Shown here: piece by piece, positions 12,801-26,637 of the stretch
Position numbering within the stretch: position 1 is the stretch's first letter
Layout of the letters: every line of letters begins with the position of its first letter
Program-made: the position numbers and the translations under genes
DNA from: Carcharhinus amblyrhynchos
Taxonomy: Eukaryota
Reading direction: 5' to 3'
Length of the DNA stretch: 64,000 nt
Assembly: GCA_965287045.1 (NCBI GenBank)
Contig: OZ336900.1
Location: 20,398,001-20,462,000 of the forward strand
Notes under the pieces: model-generated
The model's database searches: none
Told to the model about the DNA's origin: nothing
What the model saw: only the letters and a program-made list of their open reading frames with translations

Positions 12801-14932
12801 CTTGAAGCAAATGGGAAGTGATAAAAGATGATGAAAGGCTGCATTTGAAAGGAAGAGAATCACAGAGTGACAGACGGCCTGTTTTACTTAAAAGAAAGAG
12901 AAAGGAAAGAAGGCTTTGAGAAACAAGCTTCACAATTACTCATGAAATCTTTACACAAATCATGGCGAACAGCGCGCGCTATTCTGTATTGTTGGCTAGG
13001 ATGTTTGAGATCAATATTTTGATGGTTAGAGTATTCAGGATTAATGATTTGGTGGGGACAATGAAATGAATGATTAAACATAATGGCCTAGACTTTTCTC
13101 TCAGTTTTGAAGGGACTGCCTTTGTTGTTCACCAGAACACAGTCCCCCATAAATACGTTTGTCAGCAGAGATTTCTCATGGCAACTGTTTCTATGGAGCA
13201 TCCTCTGCAGGAAATATTTGGCATCTGTGAACAGGGCAAACAAAAGCAAAGTTCTTTAACTAATCAGAATGAAATATCCTCACTGAGAACCCTGAAACCA
13301 GGAAGTAAACAACAGGAAGTACAAATGGCATCTCAATTATGTACAGGAAGTGAAATGAAGGGCAGTATTTAATAGAGGTACTGGGGTGGGTCTCACCAGC
13401 CAGCTGGAGGGCCAGCACAAACCTCGCGTCACCCCTTCATGGGAAGGGCCGGCAAATTAATTGCTAATTAGATCCTTCACTGGACAGTGGTGAGTCTTCT
13501 CTAGGACCTCAGGGTCAGAGGTCCCACATGCCAGGAGCTGCTAGTCAATCAGACTGTATGTAAAGGCAACATCACCAGGGGGCTAGTGGCTACATGCACT
13601 CAAGACCCAAAATCATCGTTGTGTTCCAGGCATCAGGTGAGTGATGGTGGCTTGGTGGGAGTTGTTGTGGGTGAGGGGAGTGGGCAGTGGCAGAGGAAGG
13701 TTGGCAGCAAGTGCTGGTGGGTTGGCTCTCAATGGGCTTTCTTTCCGATGCCAGGACCTTTGGTCAGGCACTGACTACCTTTGAATGACTCACCCCTCCT
13801 GAGAGCCCAGACAGGTTTTCTTTTCATGTACCTTGCATGGTTAGTCCGCCTGCTCACTGCTGGGTTAATTTCAGTGACAGTGCCATGGGGCCTTTCAATG
13901 AGCATCAATTGAGGCTGAATGGGAAAGCCAGCCATGGACTTAATTGGGGTGTAGGTGGGGAGGCCAAGGGATCCCCATCTGCCTGATTAAATGCTTCCTC
14001 ACCACCAAACGTGCTAGGGATGGGAAGGTATTAAATTCCATCCTGAGATTGGGACTAGTGATAGAATTAAGGGGAAGAAATAAAACAGGCAAACAGAAAA
14101 GGAAAACTTCCTTTTATAAAATCTGCTGCATTAATTTTCTTGTGAGGGAATGAGACTCTACATTTGTAAAATGTATTTTTCCCTGTCTGAAAGGTTGGTC
14201 AGTGGTAATCATTATTCAATATGCCATTAAAAACACTCTCACTTCAGAATGCACAAACCTTCACCTTGTCAACCATTTTCAGTGGGGAACTATAGGGGGA
14301 TATGTACTCTTGCTGGAATTGTACCGCCTCACCCACCCAAGGCTCGTAAGACCCTACCCGAAGCCAATGGAGAGTCGTTCTGTGAGCCTCAGGGCGGGCA
14401 TGCTGGTAAAATTCCAGCTGGGTATTTCATGCCATTAAAGTGATTTCAGTGCTGAGGCAAGTGGTGAGGAATGTAACAGCTGTGTCGTGTGAATATCCTG
14501 TGGATATTTTTAACAGCAACTGCTGAATTCCTGCTTTTAAGCACACTTTGTGCAGACGTCAGAAGTTGAGGTCAGATTTTCTCGGTGCTAACAATAAGGA
14601 TGTACTCTCATTATTACAGTGAAATTAAAGCCAATACCGTCTCTTCTTGCACAAGGCAGGACGGGAAGGAGTTTTTCAACAGCAGGCATTGGGTGAGGGA
14701 CAGCAGGTGGTAACATAACTGACCAAGGGTGATGGGAGGGCAGTCAGTGGGTGATAGGTGGAAAAACAGTGGGTTGTCAGTGGGCAGCAGTGGGCATTGG
14801 AAAGAATGCCAATGGCAACAACAGAACTGATAGCAAATGGTGGGAGTGTATGAATATTGAGGTATTTTTACATTATTCTATTTTAACAGAGACAAAACAT
14901 ATTATGGAATGGATTTGTTTAAATTATGTTCT

Positions 14933-15195
14933 GGGGGCAGCACAGCTGCCTCACAGCGCCAGGGACCCAATTCAATTCCCAGTATGGGTCAGTGTGTGTG
15001 TGAAGTTTGCATGTTCTCCCTATGTCTGCATGGGTTTCCTCCCACAGTCCGAAAGATGTGTTGGTTAGGTGCATTGGCTATGCTAAATCTTCCCTCAGTG
15101 TACCCAAACAGGCGCCGGACTGTGGTGACTAGGTATAGTAACTTCATTACAGTGTTAATGTAAGCTTTGTGACACTAATAAATAAACTTAAACTT
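14933..15195 (+). mobile_element. V-SINE, alternative tail
   Basis: homologous to 12003-12303. Confidence 0.8.
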
Positions 15196-15374
15196 CTTGG
15201 TACAGCAGATGAGCAAAACCTTTGAAGCCACAGCTTTATATCCCAGCAGGGGGTGCCATGAGTACACGCACCAGAGGGCTGTTCATAGCAGACAAAGGTC
15301 TCATGTGAATGTGACTAATTTATAATTGATTTAATTTGTAATTAATATCAATTGACTAATTTATAATTAATTTA

Positions 15375-15610
15375 GTTCTGTTTCACTCAAAGGGTGGTGA
15401 ACCAGTGGAATTCTCTACTGCAGAAGGCTGTAGGCCAAGACACTGAATGTATTCAAAACAGAGATAGATCATTTCTTAGATTTTAATGGCATGAAGGGGT
15501 ATGGGGAGAAAGCAGGAATATGGCATTGAGATCAATGATCAGCCATAATCATGGCAGAGTAGGCAGAAAGGGCCAAATTGCCTACTCCTGCTCCCAGTTT
15601 CGATGTTTGT
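15375..15610 (+). mobile_element. CR1 3' end
   Basis: FTQRVVNQWNSL motif plus CR1 3' UTR (gatcagccat...cctactcctgctcc). Confidence 0.8.
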
Positions 15611-16007
15611 CGGACAGTGATGAGGTTTCTTATTTCTATTTGGTAAATGATAGAAGCAAGGGCAGTTGTAAAATGTGAGGTAAAGGTTGCGTCTGGTATA
15701 TAAGAGTATCAAAAGCAAAACTGTGCAAGTGACACATGCCTCATTTTACTTAGAAGAGAAGGGAAGGAAATTCTTGGAATGTTGTGGAAATCATCTTCAG
15801 GATTTCTCATTTAAAGCTGTGCACAGTATGTTTTTGACACAGGGCTTTCATGCACTATTCTGTATCACTGGTTAGGCTATTTTAGATGAAAGAATTGTCT
15901 GTAATAAATTAAGTGAATTATTAAATATAACAGCCTGGATTTTGTTCTCAGTGGTGTCAGAATGGTTCATCTTGAGCACTGGTCCAGTCTCACTTGGGGT
16001 AATGTGT

Positions 16008-16297
16008 CTCATGGTGACGCAGTGGTTAGCATTGCTGCCTCACAGTCCTAGGGACTCAGGTTTGATCACTGTATGTGTGGGTCTGCATGTCCTCCCAGTG
16101 TCTGTGTGGGTTTCCTCCAGATGCTCTGGTTTCCTCCCACAGTCCAAAAGATGCGCTGATTAGATGCACTGGCCATGCTAAATTCTCCCTCACTGTACCC
16201 GAACAGGTGCCAGAGTGTGGTGACTCGGAGATTTTCACAATAACTTCATTGCAGTGTTAATGTAAACCGACTTGTGACACTAATAAATAAACTTAAA
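16008..16297 (+). mobile_element. V-SINE, alternative tail
   Basis: homologous to 12003-12303. Confidence 0.8.
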
Positions 16298-16819
16298 TTT
16301 TAGAAAGAATTCAAGGGGTCTGGGAGAGAGGCCCATTTCGAACAGGAACATTTGTTTTGAATTGATGCAGATTTAATTTGTGTTTTATAAAGTGCAAATT
16401 TAGAGCTAATTGGACATGACTAATAAATAAACTTTTTAAACTTTCTGAGTGCCACATTTCAGGAAAGATTTGAAGAAGGCTTTAGAAAGGATGCAGAAAA
16501 GGTTAATGAGAATGGTCCCAGAGTTGAGGGACTTCTATTATGTGAATAGATTGAAAAAGCTGTGATTGCTCTCTGTAGAGAGGATTGAGAGGAGATTTTA
16601 TAGTATTTAAAATCATGAGGGTCATAGACAAGTTGTAAAGAGAGAAACTGCTCCCACTGGTGGTAGGGTTGAAAATGACAGGACAGCAATATGAGGTGAC
16701 AGACTAATGGCGACATGAATGATGAAAAACCTTATTATGTAGAGAATGGTTAGGATCTGGAATGCGCTGCCTGGGAATGTGCTAGAAGCTTTTGAAAGGG
16801 AATTGGATAAGGAGATGTA

Positions 16820-18312
16820 TAATTATTATTTTCCAAACGTTGCTGGATTCCGGAGAAGTGCCGGAAGATTGGAAAACGGCTAATGTTACGCCGTTGTTTA
16901 AGAAGGGTGCCAGGCAAAAGGCGGGGAATTATAGGCCTGTTAGTTTAACGTCTGTTGTAGGTAAAATGTTAGAATCCGTCATCAAGGAGGAAATAGCGAG
17001 GCATCTTGAGGGGAACTGCTTGATAGAGCAGACGCAGCACGGTTTCGTTAAAGGGAAGTCGTGTCTGACAAATTTACTGGAGTTCTACGAGGATGTGTCT
17101 AGGGCGGTGGATAGAGGAGAGCCGGTGGATGTGGTCTTTCTTGATTTTCAGAAGGCGTTTGACAAGGTACCTCACAAGAGGTTATTGCAGAAGGTCAGGG
17201 GGCATGGAGTTGGGGGTAGGGTGTTAGCGTGGATGGAGGATTGGCTGTCAAATAGGAGGCAGAGAGTGGGGGTCAATGGGTGCTATTTGGATTGGTGGTT
17301 GGTGACTAGTGGAGTGCCCCAGGGGTCGGTGCTGGGGCCTCAGCTATTTACCATTTATATAGATGATCTGGAGGAGGAAACTGAGTGTATGGTGTCGAAA
17401 TTTGCTGATGACACCAAGATTGGTGGAACGGCAAATTGTGCGGAGGGTGTGGAGAGTCTGCAGAAAGATCTAGATAGGCTGGGCGAATGGGCCAGGAACT
17501 GGCAAATGGAATTTAATGTTGGCAAATGTGAGGTTGTCCACTTTGGTAGGAATAATGGTAGGAAGGACTATTACTTACATGGTGAAAAACTGCAGCATGT
17601 GACGGTGCAGAGACACCTCGGGGTCCTTGTGCATGAGTCGCAAAAACCCAGCCTGCAGGTGCAGCAGGTGGTCAGGAAGGCAAATGGGATGCTGGCCTTC
17701 ATAGTGAGGGGGGATTGAATATAAAAGTAGGGAGGTCTTGCCGCAGCTGGAGTACTGTGTGCAGTTTTGGTCACTGCACTTACGCAAGGATATTTTGGCC
17801 TTGGAGGGAGTGCAGAGGAGGTTTACTAGGCTGATACCGGAGTTGAGGGGGTTGAACTATGAGGAGAGGCTGAATAAACTAGGCTTGTACTCGTTAGAGT
17901 TTAGAAGAATGAGGGGAGATCTCATTGAGACATATAAGATGATGAATGGGATGGATAGGATAGAGGTGGAGAGGCTCTTCCCGCTCAGAAAGGACAGTAG
18001 GACTAGAGGGCACAGCCTCAAGATAAAGGGGGGGGGGGGGGGGGGCGGGCGGTTTAGAATGGAGTTGAGGAGGAACTTCTTCACTCAAAGGGTGGTGAAT
18101 CTCTGGAATTCTCTGCCCGTTGAAGTGGTGGAGGTGGCCTCGCTAAATATTTTTAAGACGCGGGTTGATAGTTTTTGATAGGCAAGGGGATTAAGGGTTA
18201 TGGGGAGAGGGCGGGAATGTGGAACTGAGACATGACAGATCAGCCATGATCTTATTGAATGGCGGGGCAGGCTCGAGGGGCTAGATGGCCTACTCCTGCT
18301 CCTGTTTCTTAT
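16820..18312 (+). mobile_element. young 5'-truncated CR1/HER1-like LINE (RT domain to 3' UTR) nested in an older CR1 (~16480-18345)
   Basis: open RT frame with NYRPVSLTS, QHGF, LDFQKAFDKV, GVPQGSVLGP, FADDTK; one frameshift near 17712 and a short deletion near 17745; CR1 3' UTR; many CpGs retained. Confidence 0.95.
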
Positions 18313-19067
18313 AGAAAAATGCATGGCTACGAGGTAAGTTGCTCCTGAGGGAACCAGTCCAAAGATGTGCAGGTTTGGGTGGATTGGCTATGCTAAGTTG
18401 CCTCTCAGCGTCCAAAGATGTGTGGGTTAGTCGATTGGTAAATGCACTGTGTCCGTAATATTAACTGCAGTCACTGACAGCAGTCTGATCTCCTAACCTG
18501 ACTGGGGAATGAGCGATCATCCTTTTTCTTCCCTAGTTACTGTGGCTAATGACCCTCCAAGCAATGGCCAATCTGATGAGACTGGGGTTTCTCAGTGAAC
18601 ACAGTGCAAGGTGCTGCTGCTGATTTAACTGCAGCGACCAAGTGAACAGAAGCAAGTGATCCATTAGTAGTGATGTATAGTAAGTTTCTAAAATAGCTTT
18701 TATCTGTTACAGGTTATTTTACTGTAATAAGGTCTCTGGTAAGGAAACGTGATGAACAGGTTCCACTATTTGCTCTGACTGTACTTCTGATTTTGAGAAT
18801 GAAATTAGCTTAATTACCAAAATATTTTAAGAAAGCTGTAATGGTATGCAGTCATTTCCCTGGAGGTTTCAAGTTTAGTTCTTATCTTTGATTTTGAACC
18901 TATTTATTTAAATCCTTTGCAAACCAGTGCTATTATGATGTGGATTGGTTTCATTGCTACTTCACACCCCATTCAAGATGCCACAATCCAATAATTCCTG
19001 GCCCACTCATGTATTTCTAAACTCATCCACACTTTGGCATAACCTGACCTCTTCCCAACTCCCGCCC

Positions 19068-19358
19068 TCAGTGGCACAGTGGTTAGCCCTGCTGCCTCAC
19101 ATTACCAAGGACCTGGGTTCAATTCCCAGCTTAAGTTACTGTCTGTGTGGCGTCTGCACATTCTCCCCATGTCTGCATGGGTTTCCTCCAGGTGCTCCAG
19201 TTTCTTCCCACAGTCCGAAAGACATGCTGGTTAGGTGCATTGGTTGTGCTAAATTCTCCTTCAGTGTACCCGAACAGGTGCCAGAGTGATGACTAGAGGA
19301 TTTTCACAGTAATGTCATTGCAGTGTTAATGTAAGCCCACTCGTGACACTAATAAATG
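19068..19358 (+). mobile_element. V-SINE, alternative tail
   Basis: homologous to 12003-12303. Confidence 0.8.
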
Positions 19359-20224
19359 AACAAAAATATAAATGAACTGGGTTAGAGATTGTTGCAGTGT
19401 CCTATAAAAGCTCACTCTGTTTGTTCGATGCCAGTTAACTTGTGAATCAACTCATGCCAATTTTCTTAACTTTCTGACTCATCGTAGTGTGTCCAATCTA
19501 CTTTCTCTGCAGTTACATACTGTTACTCTTTCTTAAGGTACAAATGGTAAAGACCTAAAGATAGTCTAATAGTACCTATGGCCTCTCCAGCCTTGGTAAA
19601 GCTACCAAGACTGCAGATCAAATGGAATATTCATGTTGAATCGCTGTTCATCAGTCAAGAAAAGTAAAAATTTACATGAAGGGTTTATCAAATTTTATTA
19701 TAAAATTGTCCTGTCTATATGGTTATATCGGTTTTGTCTGTAAAGTAAGATTGCAACAGAGGAAGAAGGCATTTTCCCCATCCCAGTCAACTAAAATTAC
19801 AACTGATAAGAGTGACAATATTGGAAATAAATTTACCGAAAGAGAACATAATTAACTACCCACACTAAAAATTCTGGAAACGTGCAGTCTTGAAGATTCA
19901 GTAACCAGGAGTCCAAACAGAGATTATGGAACATCAGCAAATCCTGTCAGTGCCAGACAGTCTGAACCTCATCCTGCTCGTAGGGAGGGGCATGTTAAAA
20001 GTCCCTATTCTCAAAAATTAGTTGAATCTTGAAAATCTCAAGCAAAACCTAGTGATATGTTTTATCTTTACATGATGGTCCGTGACCTCATTTTGTGCTG
20101 GAGTACATACTGAACGAATGATGCATCCACAATTATTTCTCTTCTTAGCCTCTTTAACATAACAAAAGGTCCCATAACATTGGGGATAGCGTTAAAATTA
20201 TTTTAAGGCAGGACTCCTGCCTAC

Positions 20225-20533
20225 ACTTGCAAAATCCTGTCCTGGCTCGAGACAATACACACCTCTTTAACCCGTGCTTATCCCTCTCTCCACTCGTACT
20301 GTCTGTACAGGTAAAGACTTGATTACCTGAAAAGACTCACATTCCAACCATTGTCTTGCAATTGTGTCATTGCTTATATATGCCGTGTTTGTGAAACCAC
20401 CTTCCCACTCACCTGATGAAGGAGCAGCGCTCTGAAAGCTCGCGATTCCAAATAAACCTGTTGGACTTTAATCTGGTATTGCGAGACCTCTTACTGTGCC
20501 CATTCCAGTTCAACTCTGGCATCTCACATCATA
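20225..20533 (+). mobile_element. Penelope-like element 3' UTR/pLTR with hammerhead motif
   Basis: homologous (reverse) to 44505-44935; CACCTGATGAAGGAGCAGCGCTCTGAAAGCTC near 20410-20441. Confidence 0.8.
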
Positions 20534-20716
20534 GTAACTTCAGTGACAAAGAAGTACTTCCAGCTAGAAATAATAGTAGGTAAACCAATGAAGCTGGTGG
20601 AGTGAGGTGAAGGGGAACAATTGGAAAATAAAATCCAACAGGTGTATTTAATCCATCTTTGTGTTTCTTAGACAGTGTACACTATTGCACATTACTATTG
20701 ATCTCTGATATTTCAG

Positions 20717-20915
20717 TTGAAGCTGCAGCAGTATTTGGAACCATCTTCTTCCTGTTCTTGGTTCAAGCCACTGTTCATCTCTGGATGAAGAGACATGCCT
20801 GTTACGAAAGCTCAATCTTCACTTTGTTGGGGAACCTAATTTATTGTCAACTGACGACAACGGTAACGACCAAGCTCCACTTCTATACTCCTCCAAACAA
20901 CCAGTAGCTCCAAAA
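20717..20915 (+). pseudogene. SYT15: SYT15-like transmembrane exon remnant with a 1-nt frameshift
   Basis: tttcag| acceptor; EAAAVFGTIFFLFLVQATVHLWMKRHACYE then TAC GAA AG CTC (YE[E]L missing one base) resembles recalled human [39 protein letters not shown]; GTAAGT at 20916, though the true 3' end may be further on. Confidence 0.55.
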
Positions 20916-21302
20916 GTAAGTGACCCTGGAACTGAAGACTCGACTTAAGGCCTGCAGGAGTTGCAATATGTCAGTACTTCACTTTCACATGAGTTTCTAT
21001 CCAAACAAATGGGACACTCTCCTCCCCCCTGCCAGCTAAAGGGAGCTCAAATAGGGTTTAGCTTGAGGGAAGCTTTACCTGGTGCTTTTCTGTTATGAAT
21101 CCCTGCACAAAGAGACTGATAAGTCTGTATGTATTGACAATGGTGTCACAACCTCACGAGAAGACAGAATGCAAAAATATAATTGAGTGAGAGGGTTTCT
21201 TGCAGCTTCGATGGAAATTTAAGAGGGAATTTATGCTTCTTTAGCATTTATTATGTCCTCAGTATATCCCAAGAATCGCTGAATTTCTTCAGAAGCATTG
21301 TG

Positions 21303-22381
21303 ATGGGTGGCACAGTGGTTAGCACTGCTGCCTTACAACACCAAGGATTTCCAGTTCAGATCACTGTCCATGTGACATCTGCATGTTCTCTGGGTGGCTA
21401 TGTGGGTTTCCTCCAGGTGCTCTGGTTCCCTCCCAGAGTCTGAAAGACGTGCTGGCTAGGTGCAATGGCCGTGCTAAATTCTCCCTTAGTGTAACCTGAT
21501 TAGGCTCCGGAATGTGGCAACAAGGGGATTTTTGCAGTAATTTCATTGCAGTGTTAATACAACCCAGCACGGGAAACAGGCCCTTTGGCCCAATGAGCCC
21601 GTGCCGCCATCTTAACAAAGCATTTTCCTACACCTACCTTGCCCCATGTGTATGCTAATGGTATCCCTATTGTAACCAGATTCAGGGGAGAATAGCGTAG
21701 GGTCAATTTGGTACACCAATCAGCCTAAAAGCACATCTTAGGGGTGTGGGAGGAAACCGGAGCACCCGGAGGAAACCCATGCAACCACAGGGAGAATGCA
21801 CAAACTCCTGCAGACACTGGCCCAAATCCACGTATCTGCACAGCTAGCAGTGTTAGTCACTGAGCTGTTGTGGTGCCCATCTGCTGGTCCAGGTTCAAGC
21901 ACACAACACGACGCAAAGTACTAGGCCACTCTCAAAACATCCAAGAGCAGCCCACGCATGACCCACCGTGTGCGTGCCCCTCGTTTGACAACAAGGTGGA
22001 CCGACACATCTGCGGATGAAAAGAGACAAAACATTAACATGTAGTATTACATTTCCAGTATCGTCCCGAGGCTCTGACCCTTTTTAAAACTGTCGCCTAT
22101 ATCCCTCCATCCCTGTGTCACTCGTGTGCCTGTCTAAGTAAACCTTAAACAAGTCCAGCATGCCTGTCTCCACCACCTTACTTGGTAGCGCATTCCATAC
22201 CCCCACGACCCTCTGTGTGAAAAACCTCCCTCTAGTATCCATATTATACTTCTCCCCCCTCACCCTTAGCTTGTGACCCCTTGTGATTTTTGTCTCCAAT
22301 CTAGGAAAAAGCCTGCCACTGTTGACTCTATCTATACCCTTCATTATTTTATACACCTATTTTATAAGCCTACCTGTGACA
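21303..22381 (+). mobile_element. V-SINE split by an ~805-bp minus-strand CR1+SINE composite (21559-22363)
   Basis: host SINE stops at gcagtgttaat (21558) and resumes taagcctacctgtgac (~22365); insert carries CR1 ORF2 end (22084-22356) and a V-SINE (21560-21878). Confidence 0.75.
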
Positions 22382-23661
22382 AGACAGGAAAATGTAATTG
22401 AAATAGAGCCCCCACCATGATCTTACTCAATGATGGAGTAGGTTTGAGGAACTATATGATCAACTATAACTCCTGATTCATATCTTGAGTGTGTTACCAC
22501 TGACCAAGACTGAAATGTCTACATAGATTGCCAACAGAGCTCAAGTCTGCTGGTAAAGTTCAGTCCCTGCTATATGTTTCACACACTGAATATTCAATTT
22601 TTGAGAAGTTCCACATGTTTACAGTTTCAACTTTTTCTAGCAGCCAGTAAAACATTTTCTACAAACAGGTCTCAGTTACCTATAAACACATCTGTCAGTC
22701 TATCATTCCAGCAGTTCTATGGTCAGACTAATGTTGTCAATGTCACAGTTTGATGTTACAAAATGCTTTCCGTTCCAGAACTGAAAGTACACATTATTAT
22801 TCACTAAAGTTTCAAGCACGAACATGGTTTTATCTAGTGAACAACAAATATACTGGAGCTGATAATCCAGCTGACACTACGCTGGAATATTTAAATACAG
22901 ACGTCCATTATTAAAAACAATACCTCACTGAGTTTATGGGTAGGGTCTGGAATATATAAATACAGACGTCCACTATTAAAAACAATACCTCTATTTTCAG
23001 CCTGCATTTTACTTTAACGAGTTACTTTGTTTGGATTTCAATGGCTCCTGTGTTTATTACCACAGATGAGTGACCTTGAATAAGGAAAGCTTTATATAAC
23101 CTCACTTCTTATTTCCTTGTCTGTGCTGATGGGCAACAGGCGAGATGATCCAGTTGCCAGTGATGACCTTTGTACAGGGCACATCACAGGGTTGTGGGCC
23201 TGGAAGAGGTTGTACAGATCGGCGAGGCCATGCTGAGAATTTTAAATTTGAGGAACTGCTAAACTGGGAGGCAACGTAGGTCAGAAAATACATGGGTGAT
23301 GTCTTGAGTTGGATACAGGTAGCAGTTTTCGCTGAGCTGAAGTTTACAGAGGATGGAAGATGCTGGCCAGAGTAGCACTGGAATAATTGAATCCATTTAA
23401 GGGTTTTCACAACAGATTGGTTGAGTCAGGGACAGAGATGAGTGACACAGATATCATCAGCTTACAGCTAGAATCCAACGATTTCTGGCTGGTTAGTTTT
23501 AGTCCTGCACTGAATGACACATCTTAAGCACTGCTTGATTGGTTTATTGGGATGAACGAATTCAATGGTATGAATATCCTTTTCTCAGACCACTACTGTT
23601 CATATTACCCTCTCACCTCTGACAATTTAATCCTTGCCTTTCTCTTCCTCTTCAACAACAG

Positions 23662-23902
23662 GAGAATGTGTCTTAAATCCAGAGGAATACAGTAAGACAA
23701 ATCATCCAGAAAGAAATAATAGAAAGTTTGGGCTCATTGAGGAGCAGGAAACAGAATGGTTTCTGTTCAAAGTAAAAAAATCTGTCATCACAACCAAAGA
23801 CTTCAATCCTCTGTGAAAATCCCCTTCTATTTGACAAAACATGTTCCATCTGTCAAGAACCAAACACCAAACTCACAATGGAATGAAAGATTTGTTTTCC
23901 AG
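23662..23902 (+). pseudogene. SYT15: SYT15-like C2A-domain exon remnant with frameshift and deletions
   Basis: acaacag| ... TTCCAG|gtgagt; GECVLNPEEYSKTNHPE...EQETEWFL...NPL/(frameshift at ~23813)VKI...NSQWNERFVFQ vs human INPE...PEDKSETDFPD...EQEAERLL...SPLVKL...NPQFDEHFIFQ, with the donor right after FxFQ. Confidence 0.72.
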
Positions 23903-24194
23903 GTGAGTGATGTGAAAGTGACACAGAGACACAGTCAAGCAGACTGACCCAGAGACACAGACAAGCAGACTGACACAAAAATACAGCCAGGTGGCCCGAT
24001 CCTGTGATTATAGAGAGGCAGACAAACCCGAGATTGAAAAAGGTGAACAAACCTAGAGGCAAAAACTCTGTGACCCAAAGATACAGGCAGGTGGATTGAC
24101 CCAGAAATATCGGCAGTCTAAAGAGTCCAGATAAACAGGGCTAAGACTGACTTGGAGATACAGACAGATGGACTGATTCAGAGATATAGACAGG

Positions 24195-25770
24195 AATAAG
24201 GAACAGGCCATTGCAGTAGCACATTTAAGCCTCAAGCCTGTTCTGCCATTAAATCAGATCATGGCTGAACTGTTACCTAATTGCAAATACTCATTTTTAT
24301 CTCAAATCCTTTCATACCTTCTATCAATCATAGGAACATAGGAATTAGGAGCAGAAATAGGCAAATTCAGCCCTTCGAGCTGGCTCCACCAATCTGATCA
24401 TGCCTGATCTCTCCTTGGTCTCAAATCTACCTCCCCACCTGTTCCCATATCCCTCTCTCTTTATTTAAGATCAAAAATATATCTATCTCCCTCTTGAAAC
24501 TATTTAATGATTCAGACTCCACTGCTCTATGGGGCAGCGAGTTCCATAAATTCACCACCCTCTGCGAGACGTAGTTCCTCCTCATCTCAGTTTTACATCT
24601 ACCGCCCCAAAACCTATATCTGTGACCTCTTGTTCTAGACTGCTCCACAAGAGGAAATATTTGGTCTACATTTACTTTATCAATCCCTTTTAAAATTTTA
24701 TATACTCGATCAGATCTCCGCTCATCCTTCAAAACTCCAGCGAGTATAAGCCCAAACTGTTTAATTTCTCCTCATACGTCAACCCCTTCATCCCCAGAAT
24801 CAATCCGGTGAATACAGTCCCAGATTAAAAATTAATAATCTATGTAGTAACAATTTTCATTTGCAGAAGGGAATTCCAAACTTTTACCAGGGGTATAAGT
24901 GTTTCATAATTTCATTCCTGCCTGCCTCCTAGATTCTCCAACTAGGGGAAATAGTTTCTATCTGTTCCCCTACCTATTTCCCTTAATGTCTTGAAAATTT
25001 TGAGCAAATTACTCAACTTTCTAAATTCCTGGTTTGTGTAATCTCTCCTTGTAACTTAATTCTTGGAGTTCAGGTATCGGGTGAATCTATGTTGCATTCC
25101 TGCCAGGGCCTATTTATCCTTCATAAGGTGTGGTACTCAGAACTCCTCTCAGAACTCCAACTGTGACCTAACCAAGGCTTTGGTCGGAATTCTGCGGCTG
25201 TTCATCTTCTTGTTCCACTGATGGTGCACCCCGCTGTGGGTTTCCCAGCAGTGCGGGGTGCAGCCAATGGGAAATCCTACTGACAGCGGCGGGACCAGAA
25301 GCTCCCTCTGCCAGTGAATGGAGCGCTGCCTCCCACCATGAGAAACACACAACAGGGAGGCTACAGAACCTTCCCTTTCTGTAGTTGAAGAATAACTTCT
25401 TTCCCTTTTCTTCTAATCCTCTAGATTTAAAAGGCCAGGTTTCTATTAGCCTTTTTGATTGCTTTCTGTACTTGTTTATTAATTCCCTATGTACCTACTC
25501 TCCCACAGTCTTTTTAGATCTATTTCTAAATTTTCATCATTTAGAAAGAACCTATTCTATCCTTTTTTGGTCCTAAGTAGTTTACCTAACATATGCCTAC
25601 ACTGAAATTTATTTACCAGTTTTGTCCAATTCACATTATCTATTAATTGTCATTTTACGCTTGCATCTACATTGCCTACAATACTGCCTATCTTCATATC
25701 AGTGGTATCATTTAAGCCAGTAGTAAAGACTGTGATTATGTGAAGCCCAATACAGATCCCAGTGAATACC
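24195..25770 (-). mobile_element. nested CR1 fragments with a MITE-like insert (~25186-25375)
   Basis: ORF 24427-24732 YKILKGIDKV...QRVVNLWNSLP; two CR1 tails; insert contains hairpin tgcaccccgc...gcggggtgca. Confidence 0.75.
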
Positions 25771-26139
25771 ACAGCCAGAATTCTCTGGTCTTGCTGCAGT
25801 GAAAGGAGTTTTGGTTGAGTGCCACATTCTTCATTCTCGCTTGTAGTGGCGGTGGGGCATGAGAAGATGAACAAACTAAAGGTGTTTGCAAACAGCTGCA
25901 TGCACTCATCAAGAGATTGCAGCAGCTACTCAAGGGCTGGGATGTCCTGGTGCTGAAGGATATTGTATGTTCTTACAATACCTCTGACATGAAATGCTGT
26001 ATTGCAGCTTTCAGATCATGTCTGTTGAGTGTTTTATTTTCATGGTGGTGATTTATACACAAATACAGTGCTTTCTAATACTGTCATTCAAATAACATTT
26101 CCTAATAAACAGCTTGTCATCTGTAGCAAAGTGCAGACC

Positions 26140-26625
26140 CTGTGATACTATAGCCTGTAACACTGCACCTGTTATACAATTTACAGAACTGCTAATATTG
26201 TAGTCTATAATATTGTGCATGTTATTCACTGTTCAGAAATTGATGCTGTAGTTTATAACACTGTACTTGTTAAACACTGCAGAATTGGTGATACTATAAT
26301 TTATAACTGTACATATTATACAATTTACAGAAATGGTGATATTGCAATCTATAATATTGTATGTTGTACACCATGAAGAATTGTTGTTTATAATACTGTT
26401 CCTGTTGTACACTGCAAAATTGGTGATACTGTATTCTATAACACTGTCCACTACAACTGCAGAATTGGTGATACTGTGTTCTGTAACTCTGTACCTGTTA
26501 TAACTGTGTCCTGGTGATATTGTATTCTGTAACTCTGTACCTGTTATAACTGTGTCCTGGTGATTCATATATTCTGTAACTCTACCTGTTATAACTGTAG
26601 AATTGATGTTGTGCTGTAACACACA
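26140..26625. repeat. degenerate ~46-50 bp tandem repeat
   Basis: recurring actgcagaattggtgatactgtattctataacactgtacctgtta. Confidence 0.8.
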
Positions 26626-26637
26626 TGTAATATTTAG

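Noticed and set aside
22882-22991. 45-bp direct duplication
   Set aside because: Simple local duplication with no further structure.
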